Assembly: GCA_021846685.1 (NCBI GenBank)
Contig: JAJZWL010000002.1
Span: 9,321-73,320, forward strand
DNA: 64,000 nucleotides
Source: a bacterium
Lineage (GTDB): Bacteria; Patescibacteriota; Dojkabacteria; JAKAPS01; JAJZLI01
Reading direction: 5' to 3'
Both the position numbers and the translations under genes were made by a program. Under the pieces are notes generated by a model. That model saw only the letters and a program-made list of their open reading frames with translations, did not search any database and had not been told where the DNA came from. Shown piece after piece: positions 63,710 through 64,000 of the stretch. Each line of letters opens with the position of its first letter. Position 1 is the stretch's first letter.

Positions 63710-64000
63710 AATTTATTTTTTAATTCTAATAATTTTGCAAAGGCATCAATTGGTGTCAATGTATTTAAATCCAAATTTTTAATTTCTTTTTCAATCTCTG
63801 ATTCTATATAATCAGTATCTTTAAAAAAACTTTCTTGAACTATTTTTTTATTATATTTAGTCTTTTTATTTTCAAATTGAGATAATATTTCAAAAGCTCT
63901 ATTTACTAAACTATCAGGAAGTTTTGCTAATTTAGCAACATGAATCCCATAACTTCTATCAGTACCTCCTTCTTTTAACTTCCTTAAAAATATAATTTCT
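63706..64000 (-). CDS. mutS: DNA mismatch repair protein MutS, C-terminal fragment (gene continues past the window end); stop overlaps the mutL start
   Basis: Hand translation of the minus strand gives '...[33 protein letters not shown]...', the conserved MutS C-terminus ([13 protein letters not shown]); TCAT (ATGA on the minus strand) overlap with mutL. Confidence 0.75.
   Translation of the reverse strand, partial: EIIFLRKLKEGGTDRSYGIHVAKLAKLPDSLVNRAFEILSQFENKKTKYNKKIVQESFFKDTDYIESEIEKEIKNLDLNTLTPIDAFAKLLELKNKL

Overview
This window is AT-rich (roughly 28-30% GC), densely coding bacterial chromosome. It uses the standard genetic code: TGA acts as a stop in several ATGA stop/start overlaps. 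Shine-Dalgarno sites are used, for example AAGGAGGTG 7 nt before atpE. Most of it is core housekeeping, in this order:
- A partial NRAMP-like transporter, yidD, a class-II-like ribonucleotide reductase (nrdJ) and a CobO/BtuR adenosyltransferase.
- A glycolipid/polysaccharide cluster (Wzy-like, Wzx-like, GT4, two MGDG-synthase-like GT28, GT4) ending in murB.
- leuS, a ThrC-like PLP enzyme, an ATP-grasp protein, a PQQ beta-propeller protein, a YggT-like protein, trhO and an alpha/beta hydrolase.
- A cell-wall block: a membrane-anchored MurF-like ligase, ddl, an NlpC/P60-like protein and mraY.
- DUF302, a hexapeptide acetyltransferase and an SGNH hydrolase.
- The complete atpBEFHAGDC operon.
- rplU, a Trm11-like methyltransferase, rpmA, rplS and rnhB.
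- On the minus strand, gatC-gatA-gatB-dnaE and ftsQ-ftsA-ftsZ plus a degenerate Fic-like protein; between these two minus-strand blocks a DsbA-like gene lies on the plus strand.
- A pilin-like PA14 protein, DedA, a BI-1/YccA-family protein, three tRNAs (Thr-CGU, Gly-CCC, Asp-GUC) and three anchored hypothetical proteins.
- uvrB, an LCP protein, a TolB-like propeller, uvrA, a HAD hydrolase, mutL and a partial mutS.
The clearest accessory signal is a ~950-bp insertion between murB and a small LysW-like zinc-ribbon gene. The insertion carries a DinJ/YafQ-type toxin-antitoxin pair, is bounded by ~150-bp direct repeats (a duplicated murB 3' end plus LysW-like 3' end), and contains three copies of a ~20-bp CTAGTATG-containing motif.
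Other points worth a look: the LysW-like carrier-protein homologue near a ThrC-like/ATP-grasp pair; a MurF-like ligase whose N-terminal domain is replaced by transmembrane helices; an archaeo-eukaryotic-type Trm11-like methyltransferase between L21 and L27; and a catalytically degenerate Fic protein next to ftsZ.
The gene repertoire (gatCAB, nrdJ, many membrane-anchored surface and pilin-like proteins, little biosynthesis) suggests a small-genome low-GC lineage such as Patescibacteria/CPR; this is inference only.
No CRISPR array or rRNA was seen.
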